From Chloroflexota bacterium (GTDB lineage Bacteria > Chloroflexota > Limnocylindria > P2-11E): a stretch of 64,000 bases of DNA. Positions 62,593 to 64,000 of the stretch are shown one piece after another. The translations under genes were made by a program, and so were the position numbers. Within the stretch, counting starts at the first letter, position 1. The number at the start of each line of letters is the position of its first letter. The DNA lies in the NCBI GenBank assembly GCA_005889275.1, contig VBFI01000040.1, positions 22,334-86,333 of the forward strand, read 5' to 3'. Under the pieces are notes generated by a model. That model was not told where the DNA came from and did not search any database. It saw only the letters and a list, made by a program, of their open reading frames with translations.

Positions 62593-63795
62593 CTAGTGGA
62601 GCGGAATGGCGAGTCGGAACGGGCCGTCCACCCGCAGCACGGCACCTTCAAACGTCACGGTCGGCGGATCGCCCACCGTCGTGGTCATCGAGATGAGCTC
62701 CTCCCCTTCTGGGGCGCGCTGCCACGCGAAGTCATCGGGACCGGCGCCCCGCATCTGCCGTGGCTGCACGAACCGAGGAGACGACGCGGACCGCGGGATC
62801 TGAAGGAACACACGCGTCTCGTTGGCCCGGTGTGGCTCCGCTTTCACGACGCTGAAGCGGTACTCGCCCAAACGAAGGTCGCGCGGCAGGGCGCGGAGAT
62901 CCGCCGTGACCGAATGTTCGGGGTCGTTGAGCTCGACGAAAGGCACGACGAGGGTCGCGGTCGCCGCGTCCGCGTTGGGTGCGTCGAAGACCACGGAGAA
63001 GCGACTCTGGAAGGGCCCACCCGTGGTCGTCTGCTGGGGGTCGTGTAAAAACAGCCGTCCGATCTCTTCGAGCCGGCCGCCCCGATCGTCCTCGAGCACG
63101 ATGGGGCTCGCGCGCGCGGCAAAGTGGCGTCGGAACTCTTGCCGCTTGTTGCGGAGGCTCTCGGCGCTGTCGCGAGAGAAGCTCGGGCCGGTCGGGATCG
63201 GCGCGCCGACCTGTCGGATCTGCCACGCTGCCTCGGCCTCGAGCCCAACCGTCAGCTCGTCGGCGTGGTGAGCCAGCGCCGTCGCACGCAGGACGACCCC
63301 GTCGCGCTCGGCGTGCACCGCGAGGGCGGTCGCCGCAGCTTGACCGGGAACGAGTACGAACGGCACGCGCCATTCGCGCGCGCCGTCGGCAACGCGAAGC
63401 ATCGCGTCAGGGGTCTCGCCAGGCAGCGGCGGGAATGTCAACGTGCTCCTCGCGAAACCCTGCGACGTCAACGATCGCGGGCCCCACCTCGTGGGTTCGA
63501 TCGTGCTCGTGCCGATCATGACCGCCGCGGTCAGCGTGCGCTCGAGCGGCTCTCGGCTCATGAGCGAGGCGACGATCGGCGGGCACGTCGCGGCGTTCGG
63601 CGTCCACTCCCACTCGACCAGGATGTCGGTCCGGTCGGGCGCTGCCGCGACGACGAGCACGCTCAAGCGGACATCGTCCTCAGCCGTCTGGGCAGGCTCC
63701 CGCAACGTGCGCGTCCCCAGCGGCCTGAAGCCGATCGTCGGAACGAAGACCGGCTGCGATGCGAGCGCCGGATGACGCTGCGGGTCGGCTTTCAC
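62593..63795 (-). CDS. hypothetical protein (400 aa)
   Basis: Protein-like composition; ATGA overlap with upstream partial gene. No family recognised. Confidence 0.5.
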   Translation of the reverse strand: MKADPQRHPALASQPVFVPTIGFRPLGTRTLREPAQTAEDDVRLSVLVVAAAPDRTDILVEWEWTPNAATCPPIVASLMSREPLERTLTAAVMIGTSTIEPTRWGPRSLTSQGFARSTLTFPPLPGETPDAMLRVADGAREWRVPFVLVPGQAAATALAVHAERDGVVLRATALAHHADELTVGLEAEAAWQIRQVGAPIPTGPSFSRDSAESLRNKRQEFRRHFAARASPIVLEDDRGGRLEEIGRLFLHDPQQTTTGGPFQSRFSVVFDAPNADAATATLVVPFVELNDPEHSVTADLRALPRDLRLGEYRFSVVKAEPHRANETRVFLQIPRSASSPRFVQPRQMRGAGPDDFAWQRAPEGEELISMTTTVGDPPTVTFEGAVLRVDGPFRLAIPLH

Positions 63796-64000
63796 AGGTG
63801 CGGCCGGGTAGTCACGCGGCCAAAAGATAGGCGCGTTTGCGCCCCCACGATCTCGGCGACCCGCTCCGCTGCGCTGGCGACGGCCTCGCGCTGCCGCGTA
63901 CTCAATCGCACGAACGCCTGGACCCGGAACGTGAGCGCCGGCCCGGTCCGTCGCGACTCCCAGATGCCGCTCGCGATCCCGTCGATCACGAGCAGGGGCG
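63792..64000 (-). CDS. C-terminal part of winged-helix DUF1006/YcaQ-like protein (partial, continues beyond window)
   Basis: ...IDGIASGIWESRRTGPALTFRVQAFVRLSTRQREAVASAAERVAEIVG resembles the C-terminus of YcaQ-family proteins. Frame open to window edge. Confidence 0.35.
   Translation of the reverse strand, partial: PLLVIDGIASGIWESRRTGPALTFRVQAFVRLSTRQREAVASAAERVAEIVGAQTRLSFGRVTTRPHL

Noticed and set aside
1-64000. CRISPR arrays, additional tRNAs, rRNA, transposases
   Set aside because: No regularly spaced direct repeats and no IS-like terminal inverted repeats were seen. Only one tRNA-like T-arm (GTTCAAATC with matching acceptor stem) was found by eye. A computational tRNAscan/CRISPR scan would be needed to be definitive.

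Overview
This 64 kb window is a high-GC (roughly 70%) bacterial chromosomal segment whose gene content looks Actinobacteria- or Chloroflexi-like. About 80 densely packed genes are present, many with 4-nt start/stop overlaps, and there is one tRNA-Arg(TCT).

Most of the window is ordinary housekeeping and metabolism:
- ccdA and a TlpA-like thiol reduction pair
- the reverse-transsulfuration pair (cystathionine beta-synthase plus a cystathionine gamma-synthase/lyase) split by a LuxR-type regulator
- thrC, murA, a gamma-glutamyltransferase, acetyl-CoA synthetase plus an MHS-family transporter, malic enzyme, dihydrolipoyl dehydrogenase
- HU, a stand-alone ATP-dependent DNA ligase and a separate LigD-type polymerase domain
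- an OmpR/histidine-kinase two-component pair, an ABC-2 exporter, msrA, tag, and several luciferase-like (LLM) flavin oxidoreductases

The accessory or unusual content is as follows:
- **Tad/Flp pilus operon (left edge):** cpaB, an unknown 314-aa secreted protein, two TadE-like pseudopilins and a 56-aa Flp pilin that the ORF track missed.
- **Second Tad module (13.2–15.9 kb):** a detached TadG-like protein plus two TadE-like pseudopilins with no pilin or ATPase of its own. It is flanked by orphan secreted proteins, one Cys-rich and of lower GC.
- **Candidate small-molecule operon:** a Cys/Met-family PLP enzyme, an ATP-grasp ligase, an LLM oxidoreductase and a secreted beta-propeller hydrolase.
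- **Mini-lipoprotein pair:** two paralogous small lipoproteins ending in Gly-Tyr that bracket an LLM oxidoreductase with no canonical start codon.
- **Low-GC HNH endonuclease:** it abuts the tRNA-Arg gene, and a DinB ORF converges into the tRNA 3' end from the other side.
- **Split LigD genes:** the ligase and polymerase domains bracket a secreted Cys-rich protein carrying a (KPEP)n repeat.

No CRISPR array, integrase or transposase is visible. Many long ORFs in the provided track are Arg-rich antisense shadow ORFs or N-terminal over-extensions typical of high-GC DNA, and were rejected.
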